The notes below the pieces were generated by a model. That model was not told the DNA's origin and did not search any database. It saw only the letters and a program-made list of their open reading frames with translations. Positions 1-8,336 of a DNA stretch of 50,689 bases are shown here, in pieces; position 1 is the first letter of the stretch; the number at the start of each line of letters is the position of its first letter. This DNA comes from Porticoccaceae bacterium (GTDB lineage: Bacteria > Pseudomonadota > Gammaproteobacteria > Pseudomonadales > Porticoccaceae): the NCBI GenBank assembly GCA_002710745.1, contig PALW01000062.1, positions 1 to 50,689 of the forward strand, written 5' to 3'. A program made the translations under genes and the position numbers.

Positions 1-129
1 CCAACACCGACGCCAACACCGACGCCAACACCGACGCCAACACCGACGCCAACACCGACGCCAACACCGACGCCAACACCGACGCCGACACCAACGCCGA
101 CACCGACACCGACGCCGACACCAACACCA
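1..129. repeat. 12-bp tandem repeat: CCAACACCGACG x7 perfect, then permuted/synonymous variants
   Basis: Read directly. Units at 1-12, 13-24 ... 73-84 are identical. Positions 85-129 are CCG/CCA + ACA/ACG variants that keep the PT coding. Confidence 0.95.
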
Positions 130-324
130 GGTACGACAGGTACGACAGGTACGACAGGTACGACAGGTACGACAGGCACTAGTGGCGCGACTACTACAGG
201 TACAACTAGTACGTTAAGTACATCGTCTACTAATGCAACGGCTACAACTACAACAACCTCGACTTCTTCAACATCCACAACGGGTACCTCTACCACAAGC
301 TCTACTTCTACATCGGGAACCTGA
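1..324 (+). CDS. 3' end of a CDS truncated by the window edge; Pro/Thr/Gly/Ser low-complexity C-terminal tail
   Basis: Frame 1 is open from nt 1 to TGA at 322-324. It is absent from the ORF track because there is no start codon in the window. It translates as about 21 PT dipeptides, then (GTT)x5, then GTSGATTTGTTSTLSTSSTNATATTTTTSTSSTSTTGTSTTSSTSTSGT*. Confidence 0.6.
   Translation, partial: PTPTPTPTPTPTPTPTPTPTPTPTPTPTPTPTPTPTPTPTPTPGTTGTTGTTGTTGTTGTSGATTTGTTSTLSTSSTNATATTTTTSTSSTSTTGTSTTSSTSTSGT
130..174. repeat. 9-bp tandem repeat GGTACGACA x5, perfect
   Basis: Read directly. The repeat is in frame with the CDS and encodes (GTT)5. Confidence 0.95.
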
Positions 325-385
325 TCACCGAATTCAGTGTTGCACTAGAATTTGTGTGAAGATATTAAAACTTGTGCAGTAAAAC

Positions 386-2443
386 GTGAATCAGCCTAAA
401 TTTATCTTGCTTGTTTTGTTTAATTTAATTCTGAGCCCCAGAAGCATTTACTCGTCAGATTTTGGGACAGTCGGATTGATCGATATACCTACCGCACGCA
501 TGTCATCTGATGGAACACTGACGGCTACAGCCGCCATTCAGCCGAGGACAAATTCCTATGCAGTAACCTATCAGGCCTCACCATGGTTAGAGGGAACCTT
601 TAGGTATACTGGATATAATGATTGGTTTTATTGGGATAGAAATTACGAGGCTAAGTTGAAACTTTGGTCCGAGCAAGATTACCTACCACAAGTAGCAATT
701 GGTATTCGCGATCTCGTTGGCACTGGATTTGTAGGCTCAGAGTATCTCGTTGCCTCAAAAAAAATTAATAACTTTGACGTAACTCTCGGAATGGGTTGGG
801 GTCGGTTGTCGGGTAATGGTGTTTCTAAAAACCCATTAACGTTATTATCGGAATCCTTTGAAGATAGAGAAAGTGATTTTGGTCTGGGTGGAAAACTATC
901 AAGTGGAACATTCTTTAGTGGGGAAAAGATAGGTTTTTTCGGTGGAATAGTTTATGAATTTGATTCTTTACCTATAGCATTAATGCTTGAATATAATCCT
1001 GATCAATATGAGCTTGACATCGAGAATGGAGGCTCAGAGCCCGAGAGTCCTATTTCTTTTGCCTTTAAGTGGGATGCACGGCCGGGATTGTCTATGACAT
1101 TATCCCGTCAACATGATCAAGAGTGGGGTATAGAGGTGTCTGCTGCTCTTGATACCAAGGCATTGCCAGATAAACCTCCACGCCATATATATCGATCAAG
1201 CTTGGACTTTGATCCCTCAGATCTCCCAACTGGGATAAATCACAAAATTTGGTATGACATGTTGTTATATGATGTGGAGCGCTCAGGGCTGCTTTTATTA
1301 GAGGCTACCGTTGATGAATCGACAAATGTAGCGACTATAGTCATGGGGAATACGACCTATTCCATCTGGATGGATGCCGTCGAACAAATGGCAAATTTAG
1401 CAGATCTTCATCTTCCCTCAACGGTAAGTGTATTTGATATCGTTGTTGAAGAGGAAGGCCACCGCCTTAATTCAATTCGAATGAGACGTCCTTCACTGAC
1501 CTATAGTAAAAATATGTACTTGGTAGAGCGAGAAATCAGAATAAAACCTCCCAGTAATCCATCATTTGTTCAGCATAGAACGGACTTTGTCCATAAAAAG
1601 ATGGTGATTGACGTTAACTTAAGTAATCGAGTTCAACTCTTTGATCCTGATGATCCTGCTCGATATCAGCTTTATGCAAAAATTGGTTTGAGTATGATGT
1701 TGCCTCAAAACTGGGTTTTAAGTGGGGCGATTGATAAAGATATTACTAATAACTTTGATGAGAGTACTCGGAAGTCGGATTCAGTAATCACGCGCGTTAG
1801 ATCTGATGTAGTGAGGTACTTGAATGAGGGAGAATCAGGATTAGATTCACTTTTCATTCAAAAGCGTGGAAATTTAAAAACTGACGTTTTTTACAGGGCA
1901 TTTGGAGGAATTCTTGAATCAATGTATAGCGGTTTTGGAGGTGAGATTTTATATCAACCATTCCAGTCGAGAGTTGCTTTGGGGTTGAGTGTGAACTGGG
2001 TTAAGCAAAGAGATTACGATAAGACCTTCAAACACTTGGAGTATCAAACTGCAACAGCTTTTGCGAGCTTATATTGGGCTTCACCATTCTACAACTATGA
2101 TTTTGCTGTGCATGCAGGCAAGTACCTCGCAAAGGATCTCGGAGCAACTCTGGAAATCAAGCGAACATTTGATAATGGTTGGATGGTAGGGCTTTGGGCA
2201 ACCAAAACAAGTGTCTCAGCAGAAGACTTTGGAGAGGGAAGTTTTGATAAAGGATTATTCTTTAAAATCCCATTTAATGGATTTTTAGGCACTAGTTCTA
2301 GATCAAGTTATATAACGAGAATTAGACCTATCCAAAGAGACGGGGGACAGTATTTAGAAGAGTTCACAGGAAAGATTTGGTGGGATATAAGGAGTGCGCG
2401 GTATGATGTTTTTAGTAAATCAATAGATAGACTTTTTAGATGA
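386..2443 (+). CDS. yjbH: YjbH/GfcD-family exopolysaccharide-associated outer-membrane protein
   Basis: GTG start and an N-terminal signal-like segment. SDFGTVGLIDIPTARM...YAVTYQASPWLEGTFRYT resembles the remembered N-terminal signature of E. coli YjbH (SDFGGVGLLQTPTARM...LFPWLE..LRYT). The size of about 690 aa fits the family. Confidence 0.8.
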   Translation: MNQPKFILLVLFNLILSPRSIYSSDFGTVGLIDIPTARMSSDGTLTATAAIQPRTNSYAVTYQASPWLEGTFRYTGYNDWFYWDRNYEAKLKLWSEQDYLPQVAIGIRDLVGTGFVGSEYLVASKKINNFDVTLGMGWGRLSGNGVSKNPLTLLSESFEDRESDFGLGGKLSSGTFFSGEKIGFFGGIVYEFDSLPIALMLEYNPDQYELDIENGGSEPESPISFAFKWDARPGLSMTLSRQHDQEWGIEVSAALDTKALPDKPPRHIYRSSLDFDPSDLPTGINHKIWYDMLLYDVERSGLLLLEATVDESTNVATIVMGNTTYSIWMDAVEQMANLADLHLPSTVSVFDIVVEEEGHRLNSIRMRRPSLTYSKNMYLVEREIRIKPPSNPSFVQHRTDFVHKKMVIDVNLSNRVQLFDPDDPARYQLYAKIGLSMMLPQNWVLSGAIDKDITNNFDESTRKSDSVITRVRSDVVRYLNEGESGLDSLFIQKRGNLKTDVFYRAFGGILESMYSGFGGEILYQPFQSRVALGLSVNWVKQRDYDKTFKHLEYQTATAFASLYWASPFYNYDFAVHAGKYLAKDLGATLEIKRTFDNGWMVGLWATKTSVSAEDFGEGSFDKGLFFKIPFNGFLGTSSRSSYITRIRPIQRDGGQYLEEFTGKIWWDIRSARYDVFSKSIDRLFR

Positions 2444-2970
2444 AGATTTGTAGGAAGCTTAATTTAATTTTTGTTTTTGTTTCAATCTTTCTTTCTGGTT
2501 GCATACTTCAATCGAGACAATTAACCTATTTAACAGAGCTTATTAATGATCCGCCTATGGATCTCTCCGAGAACAGTTGGTCTGTTAGCTATTCTGATTA
2601 TGAGTCTGTCGTTTATGCAGTGTCCACATCAGCGGGTATATTATTTTCAAACAAAGCCGGTGATCAGGTATTGTTTGATGGTTGGGTAGTAAGAGAGGCA
2701 AAAGGAATGGGTCGATATCAGTTAAATATGGAAATAAATGATGTTGGTAACGCACGTAATTTTAAGAGAGAAAATAGGATTGTATTGCAGCAAAGCTGCG
2801 GTAGATGGGAAAATAAAAAGAAATTAAGAGTAGTTCTTTTCTCTCAATATTGCGACCAAATGGTCGGTGATAGTAACAATATTTTAGTTAACGAGGCTAA
2901 TGATATTATCTTAATAAGACAAATTGTCGATGAAAAATATACCGTATTGACTTTAACCAAGCTAAAATGA
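2440..2970 (+). CDS. Small lipoprotein, possibly YjbF/GfcB-like
   Basis: ATGA start/stop overlap with the yjbH-like gene. Lipobox-like LSGC at the end of a hydrophobic signal (MKICRKLNLIFVFVSIFLSGC). There is only loose, by-eye resemblance to E. coli YjbF in size and layout. The family assignment is tentative. Confidence 0.5.
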   Translation: MKICRKLNLIFVFVSIFLSGCILQSRQLTYLTELINDPPMDLSENSWSVSYSDYESVVYAVSTSAGILFSNKAGDQVLFDGWVVREAKGMGRYQLNMEINDVGNARNFKRENRIVLQQSCGRWENKKKLRVVLFSQYCDQMVGDSNNILVNEANDIILIRQIVDEKYTVLTLTKLK

Positions 2971-3016
2971 AGAGTCTACAGAATTATATTAATTTTTTTG
3001 AGAGAATCGATTGTTT

Positions 3017-5482
3017 ATGAAACATTTAAAATTGTCGGGATTTTGGATTTTTAGTGCGATTGTTGTTGGATGGGTTCTACCTGTTAGTGTGTTCTCTCAA
3101 CAGTTAGAGGATTTAGAGCGATTGTGCAATAACGCAACGCCAGCCAATAAAGTGATGGCTCGTCAGGCGGGATATGATCTGGATGAGCTGTGTAATGAGA
3201 TAAAGTCTTCTGTATTCCGTAATCCAGTGATTGAAGTTCCTCCTCCAGTTGAACGAGATACGGTATCTTCGGGTATTGAAGTTGGGATTGCTCGGGAAAC
3301 GCTGTCAACATTAGTAATACCAGAGCCCGGTTCAGATCTTAAGCCATTTGGCTATGATTTGTTTGCTAATGTGCCGACAACTTATGCTCCTGCTGTTAGC
3401 ATTCCAGTTTCGGCAAACTACCTCTTAGGCCCTGGTGATACGCTAGAAATTTTGTTTTATGGCAAGATCAATGACGCATTTGCTCTTGAAATAAATCGTG
3501 AGGGTTTTGTGGATTTTCCTGAATTGGGTCCAGTAGGTCTGGCGGGCTTGACTTACGGAGAGGCTAAGGGGATGTTGCAGGCCAGAATTTCTGCGCAGAT
3601 CATTGGGACTCAGGTGAGTATTAGCATGGGTTCGCTGCGCTCGATGCAGGTGTTTGTGCTCGGTGAAGCTTTTAAGCCTGGGGCATACACAGTATCTTCG
3701 CTTTCAACCATTACCCATGTATTGGTCAGTAGTGGTGGGGTTAGCGATATTGGCTCGCTTAGAAATATTCAGCTCAAGAGACAGGGCAAGCTCATAGCCA
3801 GTTTGGATCTGTATGATCTTTTGTTGGTTGGGGATACAAGCAAGGATATTCAAGTTCAGCCAGCTGACGTAATTTATATCCCAACAGTTGGAGACTTGGT
3901 TTCAGTCGAGGGGCAAGTACTAAGGCCCGCAATTTATGAACTAAAGGGTGGCGAGTCTGTTCGAGATTTAATTGAGTTAGCGGGTGGTCTAGGACCCAAG
4001 GCTTTTGCAAGCAGTTCCAGATTACAAAGAATAAATGAAGATGGGTTTCTCACTGTTTTTGATCTTGATTTAAACGAATCCAATGCCAAGGCTCTAACTC
4101 TGCAAAGCGGTGATCATTTCATAGTTGATGCGATTACAGAATTTAAAAAGAATATCGTTACCCTATCAGGTGCTATTCGTCACGAAGGCGAATTTTCATG
4201 GCGCGAAGGAATGAGAATTTCTGATATTATTCCTGACAGAGGTAAGCTAAATCCTGATGCAGATTTGGATATTGCATTGATTGTTCGAGAGCTGGAAAAT
4301 CGATCCGACATTGAGGTTCATATCTTTAAGTTGGATAACTTATTTTCTGATGCTTCAGAAAATTATAATCCTGTATTAAAATCTCGAGACCGCATCATTG
4401 TATTTTCTGAATATGGAGATAGGGCGGCCGCACTGACTTCTGTTAATGAGAAATTGAAACGCCAGGCTTCGATTAATAGTTTGCCAAGGGTGGTGAGTTC
4501 AGGTGGAACGGTCAGGTTTCCTGGAGAGTATCCATTTTCAAATGGAATGACCGTGCAAGAACTCATTGATTTATCCGGCGGATTGCTGGAATCAGCTTAC
4601 TCTAAAGCAGCAGAGATCTCGAGAACAGATATGTCAAATCCTGAACAAGCCGAAAAAGTAATGTTAATTTCAGATCTTGATTCTCCATCTTCCTCAAAGT
4701 TGCAACCATCAGACTATGTGGAGTTCCGAACTGTCCCGGACTATAGAGTTACGGAAACGATTGCACTTGAGGGCGAATTTAAATTTCCTGGCACTTATGT
4801 AATTGAGCCAGGTGAGACACTTGCCTCCGTTATTCGACGAGCAGGTGGTTTTTCTGACAAGGCTTTTGTCGGAGGTTCAATTTTCTTGAGGGCTTCATTA
4901 GAAGAGCGGGAGCAGATGGAGATTGACAGGTTGATAAAGCTGCTTCAGGAGGATTTAAGGTTTCTAGATGCTACCGCGGATATAGAAAAAATTAGTGCAC
5001 AGCAGGGGGCAATAGAAACTCTGCAAAATGCAGTGGCGCTGGGACGTTTGGTAATCCCATTGGAATCGATATTAGCTGATCCATCCCGCGAAATCGTTTT
5101 GAAAAATGGTGATCGATTAATGATACCTAAGCTCAGTCAAGAGATTACTATTATAGGCGAGGTTCGTCGCCCAACATCTTATCTTTTCGATTCTGAGTTT
5201 TCACAGTCAGATTACATTGAGCAGAGTGGGGGATTCAAAGAGAGGGCGGACAAGAAAAATATATATATTGTTAAGGCAAGTGGAGAGGTCAGAGTCTCTA
5301 ATAAGTCGCTCTTCAAATTCAAATCTAATCGAGATTCTATCAGTCCTGGCGATACCATTGTTGTTCCATTAGATACAAATACTTCAATACTCAGAGGAAT
5401 CCCACTACTTTCAGAGGTATCTACAATTATTTATCAGCTGTCACTTGGTGCAGCAGCAGTAAGATCATTCAATAACAATTAA
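3017..5482 (+). CDS. Outer-membrane polysaccharide export protein (OPX, Wza family), long multi-SLBB form
   Basis: Signal peptide, then a Poly_export-type motif (PFGYDLF...NYLLGPGDTLEILFYGK). Several repeated beta-grasp/SLBB-like segments follow (e.g. GGESVRDLIELAGGL, GMTVQELIDLSGGL, GETLASVIRRAGGF). Hydrophobic C-terminal helix (LLSEVSTIIYQLSLGAAAV). The track ORF starts at TTG 3011; ATG 3017 is preferred. Confidence 0.85.
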   Translation: MKHLKLSGFWIFSAIVVGWVLPVSVFSQQLEDLERLCNNATPANKVMARQAGYDLDELCNEIKSSVFRNPVIEVPPPVERDTVSSGIEVGIARETLSTLVIPEPGSDLKPFGYDLFANVPTTYAPAVSIPVSANYLLGPGDTLEILFYGKINDAFALEINREGFVDFPELGPVGLAGLTYGEAKGMLQARISAQIIGTQVSISMGSLRSMQVFVLGEAFKPGAYTVSSLSTITHVLVSSGGVSDIGSLRNIQLKRQGKLIASLDLYDLLLVGDTSKDIQVQPADVIYIPTVGDLVSVEGQVLRPAIYELKGGESVRDLIELAGGLGPKAFASSSRLQRINEDGFLTVFDLDLNESNAKALTLQSGDHFIVDAITEFKKNIVTLSGAIRHEGEFSWREGMRISDIIPDRGKLNPDADLDIALIVRELENRSDIEVHIFKLDNLFSDASENYNPVLKSRDRIIVFSEYGDRAAALTSVNEKLKRQASINSLPRVVSSGGTVRFPGEYPFSNGMTVQELIDLSGGLLESAYSKAAEISRTDMSNPEQAEKVMLISDLDSPSSSKLQPSDYVEFRTVPDYRVTETIALEGEFKFPGTYVIEPGETLASVIRRAGGFSDKAFVGGSIFLRASLEEREQMEIDRLIKLLQEDLRFLDATADIEKISAQQGAIETLQNAVALGRLVIPLESILADPSREIVLKNGDRLMIPKLSQEITIIGEVRRPTSYLFDSEFSQSDYIEQSGGFKERADKKNIYIVKASGEVRVSNKSLFKFKSNRDSISPGDTIVVPLDTNTSILRGIPLLSEVSTIIYQLSLGAAAVRSFNNN

Positions 5483-5518
5483 GTTAGATCATCATTTAAA
5501 ATTATAAAGGGTGTTAGT

Positions 5519-6457
5519 TTGGATAATAAAGAGATAATTGCTAATGATTCCATTGATGAGATAGATCTCAGGGAGCTCTTCATTGTATTGTGGTCTGGTA
5601 AGCTTAAGATTATTGCTATTACCGCTATCTTTGCTGTTGGTTCTGTATACTATGCCTTGTCAGTGCCAAACCAGTATACGGCAACGGCTTTGCTGGCGCC
5701 AGCTCAGTCTGATACTGGTGGCCTCTCAGGTGCTCTGGGGCAATTAGGAGGTCTAGCGTCCTTGGCTGGAGTTAGCATTGCTGATGGAGAAAGTAGTGAG
5801 TCGCAGATCGCTCAAGAGATCATGAAGTCTTGGAGCTTTGTTGAAGGATTTATAACGGATAATGACATCGCAGTGGAAGTTTATGCTGCTGAAGGCTGGG
5901 ATAAGGACTTAAATCAATTAAAGATCAAACAAAATCTTTATAATTCTAATACAGGAAAGTGGTTAGTGAAAAATTCCTCTGGTGAATTAGGACCACCCTC
6001 TAGTTGGAATATTTTCAAAAAGTTCTCAAGAATGCTCTCGGTTTCTGAGGATAAAAAAACAGGTTTTGTATCTGTTTCTATTGAATATTATTCCCCAAGG
6101 ATTGCTAAAAAGTGGTTAGATATGTATGTCGAAGCTCTAAACAACCACATGCAGAATCGAAAAATAGCTAAGATCGCAAATAACATTAATTATTTAACGG
6201 CGCAGATACAAAAGACCTCCATCGCTGAAATGAGGGAAGTTTTCTACACTATTATCGAAGAACAAATAAAAAATAAAATGGTGGCCGAAGCAAGTCCAGA
6301 TTATGTATTTTTAACTGTAAGTCCGAGCATGACTCCAGAGCAAAAGTCTCAGCCAAGCCGAGCTGTAATATGCATCATTTGGACTTTGGCAGGCGTTTTG
6401 GTATCGGTGTCTCTGGTTCTTTTGAGCCACTATTTAAGAGGTTCAAGCAGGACATAG
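5519..6457 (+). CDS. Wzz-type chain-length determinant / polysaccharide co-polymerase without a kinase domain
   Basis: N-terminal TM plus Wzz signature region (IDLRELFIVLWSGKLKIIAITAIFAVGSVYYALSVPNQYTATALLAP). Predicted long periplasmic segment and a C-terminal TM (AVICIIWTLAGVLVSVSLVLL). No Walker motifs. TTG start. Confidence 0.8.
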   Translation: MDNKEIIANDSIDEIDLRELFIVLWSGKLKIIAITAIFAVGSVYYALSVPNQYTATALLAPAQSDTGGLSGALGQLGGLASLAGVSIADGESSESQIAQEIMKSWSFVEGFITDNDIAVEVYAAEGWDKDLNQLKIKQNLYNSNTGKWLVKNSSGELGPPSSWNIFKKFSRMLSVSEDKKTGFVSVSIEYYSPRIAKKWLDMYVEALNNHMQNRKIAKIANNINYLTAQIQKTSIAEMREVFYTIIEEQIKNKMVAEASPDYVFLTVSPSMTPEQKSQPSRAVICIIWTLAGVLVSVSLVLLSHYLRGSSRT

Positions 6458-6563
6458 ATGATATTAAATTAATGGTAATTTTATTATTGCAAGCTTTTCG
6501 GATTTGGAGCACTTTTTTCATAATGTCTTTTCTTATACCTATCTTAATGTTGCAAGTACAGAG

Positions 6564-7691
6564 ATGTTAATGTTCGAAAAAGTTTTTAAGTTCACTACCA
6601 AGGATCTTACGAAACTAACGTTGATGATCATCATAGCGACCCTGCTTTTTGGGTTGCCTGGACTAATTATGATGCTGTTCCTTCAGTGGATTACCTTTCA
6701 GTCATACGCTCTGGAGTCTGTTGATAAGCATGGCATCAGTCAAATTAGTGCTTCTCGACTCGGGGGTGCTGCAATTTTTTTATCATCATTGATGATGTAT
6801 ATCTTTGGCGCTTATTCGGGAGTCATTGTTACAACTAATTTTTCAACTGCATCTATTATTATTTGGCTATCGGCATTTTTTTGTATGGCTCTTGGTTTAA
6901 TAGACGATTTGATAAACGACTTCTTAAGCCCAAGGGCGAGATTGATAAGTATTTCCCTGATATTTAGTTTATGTTTGGTATTTATGCCCTCACTAATACC
7001 GCCAAAAATTGGACTTATTGGTTTAGATTTTCTGCTGGATAACGTGCTTTTCGGATTTATACTTACAGTAGTATTTTGTGTAGGATTTATAAACGCTATG
7101 AATATGGCAGACGGTGCTAATGGTTTAATTCCCGGAACCATAACGGTAGCGTTTATAGTGTTTTATATGGAGGCGCCCTCGGTTACATATGCCATACTCA
7201 TGACAAGTTGTGGACTCTTCACTATCTTTAATATTATTTCTGGTCGGTTATTTCTCGGCGATGCTGGGGCTTACGGGCTTGGCTCGCTGCTTGCGTTAAA
7301 TGGACTTTATCTGTTCAGTAGTGGAGTGTTCTCTGCAGCCTTTCTAGCCGTTCTTTTCGCTTATCCTTGCATTGATATATTGGTCACAGTCACGCGTCGA
7401 CGAATCCATGGGCGGTCTGTCTTTTTGCCCGACAACGACCATCTTCATAACCGGATTCACTTCCATTGCCAAAGATGGTTCAAATCAAAGACCCTATCAA
7501 ACTCTTTGACTGGTGTCCTTATAGTTTTCTTCTCATCAGGGTTGGCATTACTTGGGTTTATAATGGATTGGTGGCCTGTCACCAGCAATCAATGGGCCTG
7601 GATATTTCTGGTTCAGTGCGCTATCTATTTAGTCGCTTTCGTTGCTGGTGGTTTAAATCGACCCTCCAGCCAGTTCGTTATAAGTCAATAA
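6564..7691 (+). CDS. Polyprenyl-phosphate HexNAc-1-phosphate transferase (WecA/WbpL/MraY family, initiating transferase)
   Basis: Multi-pass membrane protein with family motifs GLIDDLIND (DDxxxL), FINAMNMADGANGL (NxxNxxDGxxGL) and LFLGDAGAYGLG. The track ORF begins at 6504. An internal ATG at 6564 or 6570 gives the usual size of about 375 aa. Confidence 0.8.
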   Translation: MLMFEKVFKFTTKDLTKLTLMIIIATLLFGLPGLIMMLFLQWITFQSYALESVDKHGISQISASRLGGAAIFLSSLMMYIFGAYSGVIVTTNFSTASIIIWLSAFFCMALGLIDDLINDFLSPRARLISISLIFSLCLVFMPSLIPPKIGLIGLDFLLDNVLFGFILTVVFCVGFINAMNMADGANGLIPGTITVAFIVFYMEAPSVTYAILMTSCGLFTIFNIISGRLFLGDAGAYGLGSLLALNGLYLFSSGVFSAAFLAVLFAYPCIDILVTVTRRRIHGRSVFLPDNDHLHNRIHFHCQRWFKSKTLSNSLTGVLIVFFSSGLALLGFIMDWWPVTSNQWAWIFLVQCAIYLVAFVAGGLNRPSSQFVISQ

Positions 7692-7842
7692 ACTCAGAAT
7701 AAATTGACTCAAGGGCTTTCTGGCGTATTTGATAATAACAAATTTTCTCTTGATATCTAAACTCGGTTTTGCTCCCTTAAAAATCTTCTGACAATCGGCC
7801 ATTGGCTATCGAGTTACCAAAAACAATTACACAACCTAAAGC

Positions 7843-7870
7843 TTGCAAAACTCATGAAAGCTGGTATTGT
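7843..7870 (+). promoter_or_regulatory. Candidate sigma70-type promoter (TTGCAA - 16 nt - TATTGT)
   Basis: Hexamers read at 7843-7848 and 7865-7870, each 4/6 to consensus. Located in the 286-bp gap upstream of the ops-like element. Purely a pattern match. Confidence 0.25.
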
Positions 7871-7943
7871 TCACTCCGTGAACATGGGGTAGCAGTTTGG
7901 ACTCTCAGTAATGCGAGGCTCCTGTCATTTGTCGACAGGGTTC

Positions 7944-7955
7944 TGCGGTAGCCTG
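7944..7955 (+). promoter_or_regulatory. ops-like (RfaH recruitment) element within a JUMPstart-like leader
   Basis: TGCGGTAGCCTG versus the ops consensus GGCGGTAGCGTG (10/12, with the core GCGGTAG intact). A second GGTAGC lies upstream at 7889-7894, as in JUMPstart elements but with a longer spacer. About 25-30 nt upstream of the first gene of the long + strand operon. Confidence 0.5.
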
Positions 7956-7977
7956 CCCGGATTTTAATATAAAAATT

Positions 7978-8328
7978 TTGAAATCAATGATTAATCAAGA
8001 ACTTGAATATCGCGCCCTAAAAATACTTCAGGAGCGCCCTGATCTAACTCAACGCCAATTATCTAAAGAACTGGGCGTGAGCTTAGGAAAAACTCATTAT
8101 CTCTTAAAGTCTCTGATTGATGTGGGATGGGTCAAGCTGGATAACTTTCAAAGATCAGGCAATAAGTGGGGGTATGCTTACCTACTTACTCCAAAAGGAG
8201 TTGTGGAGAAGGCTTCCATTACAGTTCGCTTCTTGAATAAAAAAAAACAAGAGTATAACGATCTGCAGCGAGAGATCGCGCAGTTACAACAAGAGATCCA
8301 GCAGCAAGAAATATCTGATAAAAAGTGA
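7978..8328 (+). CDS. MarR-family, EPS-associated winged-helix transcriptional regulator
   Basis: Small wHTH protein (LKILQERPDLTQRQLSKELGVSLGKTHYLLKSLIDVGWVKL...YLLTPKGV) with a coiled-coil tail. This is the architecture of the EPS-associated MarR subfamily (TIGR04176-like, from memory). The start is either TTG 7978 or ATG 7987. Confidence 0.8.
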   Translation: MKSMINQELEYRALKILQERPDLTQRQLSKELGVSLGKTHYLLKSLIDVGWVKLDNFQRSGNKWGYAYLLTPKGVVEKASITVRFLNKKKQEYNDLQREIAQLQQEIQQQEISDKK

Positions 8329-8336
8329 CTTTTTAA

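Noticed and set aside
1-174. Regular short repeats at the window start that might be taken for a CRISPR array or a satellite.
   Set aside because: The units are 12 and 9 bp, directly abutting with no spacers. They are multiples of 3 and lie in an open reading frame coding PT/GTT, so they are coding tandem repeats and not CRISPR.
6370-6570. 66-aa + strand ORF bridging the wzz-like and wecA-like genes, plus the N-terminal 20 codons of the 6504 ORF.
   Set aside because: It overlaps the C-terminal TM of the Wzz-like protein out of frame. A WecA-family protein of normal length starts at ATG 6564 or 6570.
7921-7939. Hairpin CCTGTC-N7-GACAGG just upstream of the ops-like site, considered as an intrinsic terminator or attenuator.
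   Set aside because: The stem is only 6 bp and no T-run follows it. It is noted as part of the leader but is not callable as a terminator.
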